Of a DNA stretch of 64,000 nucleotides, positions 12,782 to 25,690 are shown in pieces; the stretch's first letter is position 1, and every line of letters begins with the position of its first letter. Source of the stretch: Eledone cirrhosa (lineage: Eukaryota); the NCBI GenBank assembly GCA_964016885.1, contig OZ024741.1, positions 161,944,001-162,008,000 of the forward strand, given 5' to 3'. Under the pieces are notes generated by a model, which saw nothing but the letters and a program-made list of their open reading frames with translations, was not told where the DNA came from and ran no database searches. The translations under genes were made by a program, and so were the position numbers.

Positions 12782-13008
12782 TTAACCCTTTAGCATTTAC
12801 ATTAATCTATATATGATTGTATTTTTGTGGTAAATGCTTTATCTTACATAATTATTTCACATAATATCAAGTCTATGAGATTCTGATGTTATTTATTTTG
12901 AGAACAATACCTTAACATTAGTATGAGTGGCCAGTTACAGCCAGTTTGAATAGAACAAGGTGAGAGAATCTTGGCCGTATATGGCTGGTTTAAATGCTAA
13001 AGGATTAA
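12782..13008 (+). mobile_element. piggyBac-type MITE (about 220 bp)
   Basis: TTAA-ccctttagcattta ... taaatgctaaagga-TTAA: terminal inverted repeats with a TTAA target duplication. Confidence 0.85.
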
Positions 13009-13049
13009 ACCATTTCTTTGGTTCAGTCAAGCAAGAACCATGGTATAAT

Positions 13050-13470
13050 TGGCCATAGAGGATCCTATGAGAGAAAGGCGAGTTATACATGAGCGCTACA
13101 TGTCCAAACCATTTCAGTTGATGCCTATAGAATATGAATTCAATGGTAGGGGTGTTGATTCAACTGAAGATTTTTATGTGCAATCCTATTTTGCCATGTA
13201 CTTCTGGAGACACTGGATATTAAAGGCCTCAGGAGCCTTAGTGTGTCAGCTGTATGGAGTACATGTCTAACACCCATACAAGTGAGTGGAGATACAGACT
13301 GCCCGGTAGACAAGAACCTTGATTTTTAAGCTTGAAATACTTGTTGCGAAAGACTCTCTTTCTGAGTCTTCCAAAAGCTATAGAGGCTTATCTAATGTAG
13401 TTTAAAATCTTGTTCAGTGTGCAGTTATTGAAAATTATGCTGTCACAGTATGTGAATGCTGATCTACTTA
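13050..13470 (-). mobile_element. RTE/BovB-like LINE C-terminal fragment (second RTE lineage)
   Basis: Minus strand FTYCDS..ASIAFGRLRKRVF..KVLVYRAVCISTHLYGC..QCLQK, across frameshifts. Confidence 0.8.
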
Positions 13471-13539
13471 GAAAGTGGAGAGGAGAGATGACAGTATTGT
13501 GGGCCACTGACATGACCTCAATTTCTACACACATATCCA

Positions 13540-13690
13540 ATAGGCTTCTGCACAGTTTCTGTCTACCAAATTCCACTTGCAGTATTGATCAATCGAAAGC
13601 TACAGTAGCAGACACTTGCCCAAGAGGTCATTCAGTGAGATTGAATCATACTCCATTTGAAAGTGAAGTGAACTTCTTAACCACAGCTAT
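13540..13690 (-). mobile_element. Degenerate SINE family C
   Basis: ggcttctgcacagtttctgtctaccaaattccac..gacacttgcccaag; a related plus-strand copy lies at about 61877-61995. Confidence 0.6.
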
Positions 13691-14699
13691 ACCAATATCA
13701 GTGTGTATGTACACACAGATATGTGTGTGTGTGTGTGTGTATAAAACACAAGTACTCAGAAATATCAATAGTATTATTAAAAAATGCATATGTATATACA
13801 CAAGGATACCCCTTCCATACATATTTGTTGTATGCACATTCTTAATCTCCCACTGTTGACATAAGGAAGTATATATGTATGCATATGTTTTTTATATATA
13901 TATATGTGTGTGTATATATATATATATGTATATGTGTGTGTATATATAAACCTTGGCATTCTATGACTAACTAGTCTGTTCTCTATATCTATTCTTGGAG
14001 AGTGGAGAGTGTGGAATAAATGTGTGTGTGTTAGTGTGTGAGATAGAAGAATTGTGTCAATAAATCTTGTCTAGGCATCCAAGCTACAAAGTCAGTCAGT
14101 CTATTCTGGAGTTTTAGTGGTATTGTATATGGCAACAATATCTTTGTTGGTAATTATTGTTACCATCATCATCACCATAATTATCATTGTTAACACAAAT
14201 TACTATCTTATTATAATCAACATAATAATCAGTCAAGTACATAGATCAATATAATTGACTTTTTTCTCTCAACAAAATGGTCTTGTACGAAATTATTCTA
14301 AGAGCATTGCACAAAATGCCATACAATATTTTGTTTGGTTCTTTATGTTCTGAGTTCAAATCCTACTTAGGTCAATTGTGCATTCTATCCTTCTGTGGTT
14401 TATAAAATAAAATTCCATTCAAGTACTGGGGTAAATATAATCAACTATTTCCATCCCTCCACATTCTTATTATCACATCCTGAATTGGTAGAGCTTCTGA
14501 AAAAATACTTTGTAGTATTTGTTCCAGCTCTTAACATTCTGAGTTCAAATAAAGTACCAGTCCAGTATTAGAATCAAATAACTCCTTACCTCACAAAACA
14601 TTGCTGGCCTTGTGCATAAATTAGATGCCATCATCATCATCACCACCATCTCCTCCTCCTCCTTACTTAGCATTTTGTTGTTGTTCTGCCAGTATTTGG

Positions 14700-16745
14700 A
14701 TTACTAGATATCAAGCTGTCTCCTGCAACATTTCATATGGTTCTTACTTTGCCAAGCAAACAAGACTTCTGTAGAGTTGGGAAATTCACTTCAATATTCA
14801 ACATTTTCAACCGACTATATTCAAACTTCTAGCCACTGTCCTTAAGGCTCCTATTACAATTTGGATGATAACATTGCGGCAAGTTCAGATTCTCTGCATT
14901 TTGTATTTCAGGTTTTAGTTCTTTTCTATTTTCTCCCTTTCTTTGTTTACCAACCACTCTAGTATCATATAGGCAAGCAATATCAATTAGCCAACACATA
15001 CTTCATATTTATATCAATAAGGAATGATCCATTTCCTTATCTGTTTGAATGTTCATATTCCAAAAGGCTTTTACATGGTTGTTTTCGAGGAAACGTTCTG
15101 GTTTGTGGTCATGCCACTTCTTCACATATTCAGATTCAATTTTTTTCACAATTGCTAATGTAAGATTGTGGCAACTTCGTTGTATTTCCAGTTTTTATGT
15201 TTTTTAGTAAGAATCTTTCATTCAGAGATCACATGCTACCAAGATTTCTTCCATTCTTTTTGATATATCTCGTTCTGATTGCCTTATCCTATGCACCTGA
15301 CAGTAACCCTTCTGTTTCACTATTCAGACGTCTCTTTTTTAGTCACTCGAATGATTTTTCATTTTGGTGCCCTTCAGTATTTTGGGAAAACTTTCCATGT
15401 ATATTTACCTGCTCATATCTTTGCTTCCTAGTTCTCAAGACTTAACTTTTTTCCCTTCTTTAACTTAATATCTATCTCTTCTTCTAGAGCTGCTATTAAG
15501 AGCATACTTCGTCAGGCTCTCTACTTCAATCCTTACATAGTCTTCTATGATTATCAGCAATCAGCCTTCGTTCTACTTTTTTCCTGTTCAAATATATCCT
15601 GTCGACATCTGCCTGTTGGGATAAAGCTCTGTATATTATCACCTTCCTTGGTTTCTATCTAACTTCTCAAGTTTTTCCTTTGTCTATTTTATCATTCCTG
15701 CTCTATATCTGATGATGGGTATTGCTCCTGAGTTCAGGGTTCTGAAGGTAATATCTTCTTTACCAATGGTGGGTATTTTCCTTGTCTCTAGTGAAAGGGA
15801 GCTGAAAGTTATGATAAACAACATGAGTGATTAATTATCCCCTTGGAAAATACTCAGGTCTATTTCGATTCTTCCAAATGAGTTCCCTCTCTGCTGATAG
15901 TTCTGTCTACCACCTCTTCAACTCTTCAAGCTTACTTTTATCAGTTCATTAATGCTATCTGCAATTCTGAATATCATATGCTTTCATATAATCGATCCAC
16001 CTCATTGCTTACCCAATTTTTCTTATCTTGTAATTTCTTATTACCATGTCAATCAACAGCTGGCCTTTTGTTGCTCTTGAATTTCTCCAACACCCTTTCT
16101 GTTCATTAGGGAATATACTTTGTACCTTTAGGTACAAGCATATTTGTTAATAGTTTTCATAGTAGAGGGAGACAAGTTATTAATCTGTAGTTTGAGACCT
16201 TGGCTCCTTTCTGTTTGTCCTTCATGATCAAAGTTGTTCTGCTTGTAGTCATCCAGTTTGGGATATTTCCACTTGGGAGATTTGTATTTCATAGGTTGGC
16301 CAGAAACCTTGCAGGCCATCTAGTCTACGGGCCTTCCAATTAGATAATTTTGCAGCTTGTTTTATGATGAGCTCCAAAATGATTATTATATCAACTTGCT
16401 GCCTCAGTTCTTTTTCTATTTCTCCTATCTATTCCACCTACATGCTGCGACTAACTTTCTTGCTACACATATCACTCCAAAACTCTTTGCTTTTCTCTGC
16501 ATCTGATACTTCATTGTTGTGTCATTTTACTCCCTCCAGTTTCTCAAACAATCTCTTCTGATTATTCTGGAACAGCCTGTTCTTCTGGAACTGTTCTATT
16601 CTACTTTCATATTGTTTTATCTTGGCTTTCTTTGCTGTCACAGTTCTGCAATTATAACAGCTACTCCTCTCTTTTTCACATATTTTCTTTCTAGTGTCTT
16701 GGTGACTCAGTCTTTCCTCGGTATACCTTTTAGAAACTGTAGTTA
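14700..16745 (-). mobile_element. Degenerate R4/Dong-like non-LTR retrotransposon (RT plus restriction-like endonuclease)
   Basis: Minus-strand pieces NYRLITCLPST and PNEQKGCWRNSRATKGQLLID (RT); WNMNIQTD..CWLIDIAC, IVIGALRTV and LQKSCLLG (RLE and C-terminus). Confidence 0.8.
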
Positions 16746-16849
16746 GCTCATTTCTATTATTATTATTATGGCATTATTATGGCAGAGTTGTTAGAGCATT
16801 GAACAAATGCTTAATAGTATTTGTTCTAGCTCTTTTTGTTAATATTTTC

Positions 16850-18780
16850 TCTATAAACTACAAATTTTATGCAGTTCAAGTTTTTCATTCTTTATGAAAT
16901 TTTGACATCTTTTGCATATATCCATGTTACATCTAAGGAATTAATGGCCATACTATCTTAAATTTAGGCTTGAAACCACCATTTAGGCCAAAATATTATT
17001 TATTTTCAATAGTGTTTAAATTCATCACATGTACTAAAGTTTGTTCCTATTCTGGCAAGAATTTTTGTTTGTAGCTATTTTGTTTATAGACTTTTCCAGG
17101 GTCATATCGTTTGATACTCCAGTAGTAGTCTACCATCATATGTCTATTCCAACGCCCTTGATAATGCTCTTCTATTGTCAGGAGGTCTTGATGGAAGTGC
17201 TATCTCTGTTCTTCACTTACAGCTCCAAGATTCTTTGGGAAATGGTGAAGGTGGCTATTCAGGAAATAAAGCTTGACACTTATGCTGCATCCAAGATTGT
17301 TAAAAGCTAACATCATTTTAGCAAGTAAAACTTCATAGTTATCTGCTTTTTTGTTATCAAAAAAGTTTTTCTAACCACCTCAAATGACAGCCACGTTGTG
17401 TTCTCTTAGTCATCCATCTTTCTGACAAATTCCTTGTCACATACAAGGGCATGAATTTGAGAACCATCAAATATGCCAGCTTGGATTTTTTTTTTTTTTT
17501 TTTTTGGAAAGACAAAGGAAAAGAAGAGACTATGCTGAAAACATTCACTGTTAGTACTCAATGCTTTGACAAACTGCTTCATCAAGCTAAGCTTAAGATG
17601 GAGTGGGTGGAGAATGATCTCTTGGCTGATGATGGGGTCATTCACAATGTTTGGCTTGCTTACTTTCAAAGTTTCACGGCTGGTCCATTCCTTTTGGGTC
17701 TAGTGTTTGTCTCGAGCTCAATTATCCAACATGTAGAGATAGCTTATAAATAAACATAGTGAAACCTTTCTGTTGCTCAAGGAGAAAGTTGACCATTTTT
17801 AGGTCCACACAAATGATCCAGTTCTGCTTGTGATAAATCAATGACCTTTCTTATGTCACCATGGGTTTCTTGCAATCGCACTGAGTGACCAACTGGGACT
17901 TCTCCAAAAACATTGCCATTTTGCAAGATTGTGCTTAGAACTATCCAAAAACAAACTCCATTCTGTAGGGTTATATTGGGCAATGCCTAACTGTGCGAGA
18001 AAGCCTGGAATATTGTGGTAGTAAACAAATTGCTTGCCTTCTGAAAAAAACATCACAGAAATCTGCTCCCATGTTCTGAAATATAAGACTTTTGCTTTGC
18101 AGAGCTTTCAAGAAGATTCTTTTCATTTAGCCTCGAGGCTAATGCTCTGCTGCTTTCTTGAAGAGTGTCAAATCCCATTATTCAGTTTCACCTGACTAAA
18201 ATGATGAAGGGCTGATAACTGTTTGGATTAGGAGTCTTCGGAATCTGAGACCCATTTCTTCAAACTCCTGATCAGATTTCCAGCTTTCATCTTCAAAGGA
18301 GACATAACCATTAACAACTAGAATTGGGAGCTCTTAAGAATGTGAAATAGGTCAAATTGTAGAGGAAATACTTGGATGGGAAATCTTATACCAGTTTTTC
18401 TTGCCAACACCTTAAGTGTTAACCAGGCAAAAATAGCAGTCAGTTATGTGGTCCTTTGGTTTGTGCCAAACCATAGGAACTCCAAAAGGTAGACTTTTTC
18501 GTTTTCTTTTTTGTCTAGTCACAAAGACTTTCTTTGTAACTATGACACACTATATGTTGAGACCACTTCTTGTCTTGATCACCAAGGTGAACATAACAGG
18601 CCTTTTAGACATGTCTCACAAATTTTGTTATATTAAGCCTTTGACAAACAAGTGTGGAGCAGCCACATTTGTAACAAAATGTATTGAGATCATTTATTTA
18701 TGTCTACTTGAAGAAGACATCATTAAATCTGAAACAAAATAAAACATATATGAATTCCCTACAAATATATCTGTTCATTG
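16850..18780 (-). mobile_element. Chapaev3-type (CMC superfamily) DNA transposon relic
   Basis: N-terminal [19 protein letters not shown] and [22 protein letters not shown]; core PLHLKLSLMKQFVKAL, IQAGIFDGSQI and HQDL..EHYQGRW. Many frameshifts; termini not identified. Confidence 0.8.
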
Positions 18781-18784
18781 CAGA

Positions 18785-19265
18785 TTTGTGGGCGTGTAGG
18801 ACATAACTGTTTATTAGCTGGGTCTATAGAGAAAGTTGGACAAGTTTTCTTCTGCCTGGTAGCTATGGTGAAGGAAGCTGTATGGTGGGCATCTAAAAGG
18901 ATTGAGGACAAGAATCTTCTTTTCTGACCAAACCCTCATCAACTTCTATCACTTAAGGAGGAAAGAGAGAGAAAGGGAGAACCCCCAGTGTCCACCCCAT
19001 AAAATCCTGGATTACTCTTCACAAAATGATAGAGTAATCCAGGATTTTATGGGGTGGACACTGGGGGTTCTCCCTGAAATTACTCTGTGAAATCTCCTAG
19101 TTATTTTGTATTGTTATCATGACTAGTTATTACAATTACTGTTATTGTTATATCTACTGTTTTCCCTTTGATGATGTCCCTTTCCTTTACTCAATGTAAA
19201 TCCCACAGTGTTGTTTTTGTGCTTGTATTATCCCAAATATCCTGGGCCCTTGTGGCCAATAGGTT
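18785..19265 (+). mobile_element. L1/Tx1-like 3' fragment containing an internal inversion
   Basis: FFCLVAMVKEAVWW..QTLINFYHLRRKERE resembles a Tx1 ORF2 C-terminus; ends ccttgtggccaata, similar to the 3' end at about 21400. Confidence 0.55.
18974..19075. repeat. Perfect 45-bp inverted repeat with 12-nt loop
   Basis: 18974-19018 is the exact reverse complement of 19031-19075. Confidence 0.98.
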
Positions 19266-19460
19266 GTCAGAATCGTTATAGTGTCGGATTGAAAAATACA
19301 TTGCACCATTTCATTACGTCTTTCTACATTCTGATTTCAAATCCCTGCCTTTCATTTTTCGGGATCGATAAAAAAAGTACCAGGGTCGATTTAATTGACT
19401 TAGCTTTCCTCCAAATGTTTGACCTTGTGCCTAAATTAGAAATCATTATTATTATTGTTA

Positions 19461-19641
19461 TAGGGCGATGGATTGGCAGTATAGGTAGAGAGTCGGACAC
19501 CATGCTTTCCAGCATAGTTACGGCCCTTTACGATCTGAGTTCAAATCCCGCCGAACTTTGTATTTCATCCTTGGGGGTTGATAAAATAAAGTACCAGTAA
19601 TGTACTGGGTAATTGCTGGCCTTGTGCCAAATGTAGAAACA
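19461..19641 (+). mobile_element. SINE family B, full copy with 16-bp TSD (older copy upstream at about 19320-19445)
   Basis: A-box-like tggcagtataggtag and B box gagttcaaatcc; flanked by attattattattgtta at 19445-19460 and 19642-19657. Confidence 0.9.
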
Positions 19642-19672
19642 ATTATTATTATTGTTACTCTTTCTTTTGCAG

Positions 19673-19726
19673 ATTTTATACAATGACGGGTCATTACCTA
19701 TGACCTTGGACAAAAGAAGGAAAAAG
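19673..19726 (+). CDS. Candidate 54-bp internal coding exon of an unidentified host gene (ILYNDGSLPMTLDKRRKK)
   Basis: Acceptor ctctttcttttgcag and donor AAG|GTAAGT; length divisible by 3; only phase 0 is open; sequence is non-repetitive. Confidence 0.6.
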
Positions 19727-20658
19727 GTAAGTGAGGAGTTGCTTTCAGCTAGGGGATGCCATAAAACACATTATTTACAGAAAGAAATACCATATATGCT
19801 TTGAATATATAACTTGATGTTGTATATAAAAATATATAAGTATATAAAATAATGTTTAGATTTCACCTTACTTTGTTAAATCCCACCAAACTTGCTATGG
19901 CCTTGTAGTAACTATTCTCATAATCACTGTGCTCCACTCCTCACTCTGTTTATGATCACTCCAACCTCTTTTTTCCTTCACTTCACTCTATCAAATTCCA
20001 CCACATCTGGTATACACACATGACATCATACTTTATCACTGCTTTCCTTCTTCACATTACTCTCTTAAACACAGGCACACAAGTCATACACCCATGACAC
20101 TATACTTTTCATCCTTCTTTATGCCCCTCTCTCATATCCTGTTATCTCCCACTGCTGGTTGTTATACACCCTCATCATAATCTCTCATTCTTTCCTTCCC
20201 TACATAACCCTCTTTAATCCAACCACACTAGTCATACACCTATGACATTGGTATCCTTCCTTATTCTCCACTCACCCATGATTTCTCACTCCATAAACAT
20301 GGCTGTCTTAGGACAAGACATATTTCTCTTCATAGGCTAGAGAAAGCTCTTCAGTTGCGAATGACCAACAACCTCCCTAGTGCTGTTGCCATGATAAAAC
20401 TCACCCAGTACACTCTATGAAGTGGTTGGTGTTAGGAAGGTTACCCAGCTGCAGAAACCAATGTATTAAGAAGAGTCTTCAGTTGTGTCAAGAACACAAC
20501 AACCTATGTAATATCAGTGCCATGATAAAATGCACCCAATGGGCTCTGTAAAATGCTGGAACGTATGTGAAATGTGGGCCCCTGATTCACTTTAAAGGTC
20601 AGTAGCTTTAAGTACCGACTCTGTCAGTGACAATTCATCCAACTCATACCAGTATACA

Positions 20659-20884
20659 TTAACCCTTTAATGTTCAAACCGGCCAAAACCAGCCGAATTC
20701 TCTACCTCTTTCTGTTGAAACTGGTTGTAACTGGCCACTCAAACTGATATTAAGGTATTGTTCTCAAAATAAATACTTTCAAAATCTCATAGATTCAATA
20801 TTATGTGAGATATTCTGTGAGGTAAAGCCTTTACCATGAAAATATAATAGTATATATAGAGTAATGTGAATGCTAAAGGGTTAA
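20659..20884 (-). mobile_element. piggyBac-type MITE
   Basis: TTAA-cccttta ... aatgctaaaggg-TTAA. Confidence 0.85.
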
Positions 20885-20989
20885 ATAATGATGAAGGCTC
20901 ATTTTTAAGGCATGTCAGCTTAATTTATATGTACTCTGTAATTCACATATAGATTAAGAGGTCTCTTCATAGTATGTGTGCAGTGCTAG

Positions 20990-21417
20990 TCAATACTATG
21001 TTTTAAATTTCTTGAAGAGATGGTTCAGCTGGGCTAATGCTAAGACTTTTCTCACATCTTTTTTATACTTAAGGCCCCTATGATTGTTATATGAACAGAA
21101 GTGAAGGCAGCACCCTCAGACTAGTGGCCATCTATGCCCCAACCAAGACAAGATGGCCAGACCTCTCCAGGTGGTCAGGTTGATTGTGGATCTGTAGGGT
21201 TCCTCAATTAGCCTTAGGTATTCAGCTCTATGTACTAGGAGGACTGAATACTTTATTTAATTGTATACCATGACTATACCTAATTTGTATCGCTATGTAT
21301 GCTTGTTACCTAACTTTTTATATTTTCATTTCTATGTAAAGCCCCACCTTCATTTTGTAACTTATGTTTGTAATGTCTCTTTAATACAATACCACTGTGG
21401 CAAAAAAAAAAAAAAAT
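20990..21417 (+). mobile_element. L1/Tx1-like fragments ending in poly(A)
   Basis: LRLVAIYAPT (APE-like motif) at about 21115-21145; ends ctgtggc followed by an A run. Confidence 0.45.
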
Positions 21418-22728
21418 GATTATTTTTATTATTGTTATTAAAAAAATGGGGAGGTTGGAAGAATCATTAGAGTATCAGAGAACGTACTTTGTGGTATTTA
21501 TTCCTGCTCTTTAGTTTTGAGGTCAAATGCACCCGAGGTCAACTTTCTTTCATCACCCTGGGATCGATGAAATAAAGTACCAGTCCAATACAGCAGTTGA
21601 TATGAGTGTCTGCCCTTCTCTCCAAATTACTGGCCTTGAGCCTAAATTAGAAACTATATTGGCATCATCATCAACATGACTAATATATCAACAATAGCCA
21701 CCAGTACAACAACAGCAGCAACAATAATCACCACCACTAATTACTTATAATAGCAACAAGCTAACAAGGAAGCCTCTATCTGGCTGCTTGATCTGTAAGA
21801 ATTAGCAGTCACATCCTAACACTCCACCCCCTCATATATGCCATATACCCACCTCCCCAGTCCCCACATGCCTTTACCACCAAGTGGTCATGATGGCAAT
21901 ACAACAAAAAGCACCCAGCCCACACTGGTAAGTGGTCATGTAGGTCTCAACAAAAAGCACACAGTACTCACTGTATATGTGGTTGGTGTTAGGAAGGTTA
22001 TTCAGCTGTAGAAACCAAGCCGAAATCAGTTCTGTATGAGCAAGACTTGGTCACTTGATCTGGCCTGTCTCACAACAGGACAACTCATCTAACCCATGCT
22101 AGCATAGAAAAATGGATGTTAAATGATGATGATTTCCATCAAATTATACCCTAACCAACTTAAAAGAAAGACACATTGGTTAATGTAGTCCTAGGTATAT
22201 TGTATGTATGCAGCTATAACTCCTGATAGTGACATACAGCTTGTCTTAGGTATTTTTTAAACCTGGGAGAGCCTATCTTCTCTCTAGGTCTGAACACAGC
22301 AGATTTCTTCCAGAGAAAAAGAAAGAAAGTGAGAGATATAGAGGAAGAATTGATCCCAGTAGTGGACTGGTACTTATTTATCGACCATGAAAGCGATGAT
22401 AGGCAAAGTTGACGTTGGCAGGATTTGAAATCAGAGCACACAGAGCTGGAACAACTACCACAAAACATTCTATCTGACGGTCTAAGTTTCCAGCACCTCC
22501 CTAGATATATTATAGTTTTTTTTTTTTTGGAGGGAACAAAACAAACAAAACTATATGTCATCACTGGAACATCTTTGATGTTAAGATTTCTGTATCAGAG
22601 TTGACCTGAGGCTAAACAATATGAAACACCATGGAGTCACAAGACATTCTAGAAATAACAGCCAAATCTCCCTGATATCATACCTTAGTGCCCTGGGGGA
22701 AACTGATACTGAATATTGTTCTGTGAGA

Positions 22729-23155
22729 TTAACCCTTTAGCATTTACATTACTCTATATTTACTATTATATATTCACAGTAAAGGCTTTACTTCACATAG
22801 TTATTTCACTTAATATCGAATCTGAGATTTTGATGTTATTTATATTGAGGGCGGTGGATTGGCAGTATTGGTAGAGGGTCGGACGCCATGCTTTCCAGCA
22901 TAGTTATGTCCCTTTACGATCCGAGTTCAAATCCCGCCGAGGTTGACTTTGCCTTTCATCCTTATGGGGTAGATAAAATAAAGTACCAGTAATGCACTGG
23001 GTAATTGCTGGCCTTGTGCCTAAAAGTAGAAACAGTTATTTATATTGAGAAAAATATTTTAATATAAGTATGAGTGGCTGGTTACGGCCAGTTTGAACAG
23101 AAAAAGGTGAGAGAATTCTGGCTGGATACAGCCGGTTTAAATGCTAAAGGGTTTA
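22729..23155 (+). mobile_element. piggyBac-type MITE interrupted by a SINE
   Basis: TTAA-ccctttagcattta ... taaatgctaaaggg-ttta; the body is contiguous once 22850-23049 is removed. Confidence 0.9.
22850..23034 (+). mobile_element. SINE family B, full copy with 15-bp TSD
   Basis: gttatttatattgag at 22835-22849 and 23035-23049; central gcctttcatcc..gataaaataaagtaccag (Meta-domain-like, from recall). Confidence 0.95.
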
Positions 23156-23633
23156 GAAAAAATAGAATAAGATGGTCATGGATGGAATGGTTTTGATCAT
23201 ATCTGCTGAAACAGGGTTTACTTGGGGCTAATCAACAATAATAACACAACTAACAACCACTACACTGTACAGCTACACTAACAGTCACCACATACCCTAA
23301 CTATAACAACCACCACCCAGTACAAATATAACAACGACCACCACACTATACAGCTACATTAAGTCACCACATACTATAACAACAACAACCACTCAGTATA
23401 ACTATAACAACCACCCAGTACAGATATAACAACAACCACCACACAGCAGTTACAGTCACCACATACCATACAATAACTATAACAACCACAACAACCACTT
23501 AGTATAACTATAACAACCCCCACCACCCAGTACAACTATAACAACAACAACAACAACAACAACAACCACTATCACTGCTGCAACAGTGCAGCCACTACCA
23601 CTCTAATTAACACAATAAACAGTTATGTTATTT

Positions 23634-25690
23634 ACACAACAACACTATCCCCATTATCACTACTCCAACCCTCTACTCCAACTACTATTTAAACCACAAC
23701 AACACTATCCCCATTATCACTACTCCAACCCTCTACTCCAACTACTATTTAAACCACAACAACACTATCCCCATTATCACTACTCCAACCCTCTACTCCA
23801 ACTACTATTTAAACCACAACAACACTATCACCATTATCACTACTCCAACCCTCTACTCCAACTACTATTTAAACCACAACAACACTATCCCCATTATCAC
23901 TACTCCAACCCTCTACTCCAACTACTATTTAAACCACAACAACACTATCCCCATTATCACTACTCCAACCCTCTACTCCAACTACTATTTAAACCACAAC
24001 AACACTATCACCATTATCACTACTCCAACCCTCTACTCCAACTACTATTTAAACCACAACAACACTATCCCCATTATCACTACTCCAACCCTCTACTCCA
24101 ACTACTATTTAAACCACAACAACACTATCCCCATTATCACTACTCCAACCCTCTACTCCAACTACTATTTAAACCACAACAACACTATCCCCATTATCAC
24201 TACTCCAACCCTCTACTCCAACTACTATTTAAACCACAACAACACTATCACCATTATCACTACTCCAACCCTCTACTCCAACTACTATTTAAACCACAAC
24301 AACACTATCCCCATTATCACTACTCCAACCCTCTACTCCAACTACTATTTAAACCACAACAACACTATCACCATTATCACTACTCCAACCCTCTACTCCA
24401 ACTACTATTTAAACCACAACAACACTATCACCATTATCACTACTCCAACCCTCTACTCCAACTACTATTTAAACCACAACAACACTATCACCATTATCAC
24501 TACTCCAACCCTCTACTCCAACTACTATTTAAACCACAACAACACTATCCCCATTATCACTACTCCAACCCTCTACTCCAACTACTATTTAAACCACAAC
24601 AACACTATCCCCATTATCACTACTCCAACCCTCTACTCCAACTACTATTTAAACCACAACAACACTATCACCATTATCACTACTCCAACCCTCTACTCCA
24701 ACTACTATTTAAACCACAACAACACTATCCCCATTATCACTACTCCAACCCTCTACTCCAACTACTATTTAAACCACAACAACACTATCACCATTATCAC
24801 TACTCCAACCCTCTACTCCAACTACTATTTAAACCACAACAACACTATCCCCATTATCACTACTCCAACCCTCTACTCCAACTACTATTTAAACCACAAC
24901 AACACTATCCCCATTATCACTACTCCAACCCTCTACTCCAACTACTATTTAAACCACAACAACACTATCACCATTATCACTACTTCAACCCTCTACTCCA
25001 ACTACTATTTAAACCACAACAACACTATCCCCATTATCACTACTCCAACCCTCTACTCCAACTACTATTTAAACCACAACAACACTATCACCATTATCAC
25101 TACTCCAACCCTCTACTACAACTACTATTTAAACCACAACAACACTATCCCCATTATCACTACTCCAACCCTCTACTCCAACTACTATTTAAACCACAAC
25201 AACACTATCACCATTATCACTACTCCAACCCTCTACTACAACTACTATTTAAACCACAACAACACTATCCCCATTATCACTACTCCAACCCTCTACTCCA
25301 ACTACTATTTAAACCACAACAACACTATCACCATTATCACTACTTCAACCCTCTACTCCAACTACTATTTAAACCACAACAACACTATCCCCATTATCAC
25401 TACTCCAACCCTCTACTCCAACTACTATTTAAACCACAACAACACTATCACCATTATCACTACTCCAACCCTCTACTACAACTACTATTTAAACCACATC
25501 AACACTATCACCATTATCACTACTCCAACCCTCTACTCCAACTACAATTTAAACCACATCAACACTATCACCATTATCACTACTCCAACTACTATTTAAA
25601 CCACATCAACACTATCACCTTTATCACTACTCCAACCCTCTACTCCAACTACAATTTAAACCACATCAACACTATCACCTTTATCAACCA
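23634..25690. repeat. 60-bp minisatellite: 32 full units plus about 2.5 degenerate units
   Basis: Unit aacactatc(c/a)ccattatcactactccaaccctctactccaactactatttaaaccacaac; no G on the plus strand; flanked by (aac)/(act)-rich low-complexity DNA. Confidence 0.99.

Noticed and set aside
23641-25560. CRISPR array
   Set aside because: Units are contiguous and near-identical with no unique spacers, there are no cas genes, and the context is eukaryotic.
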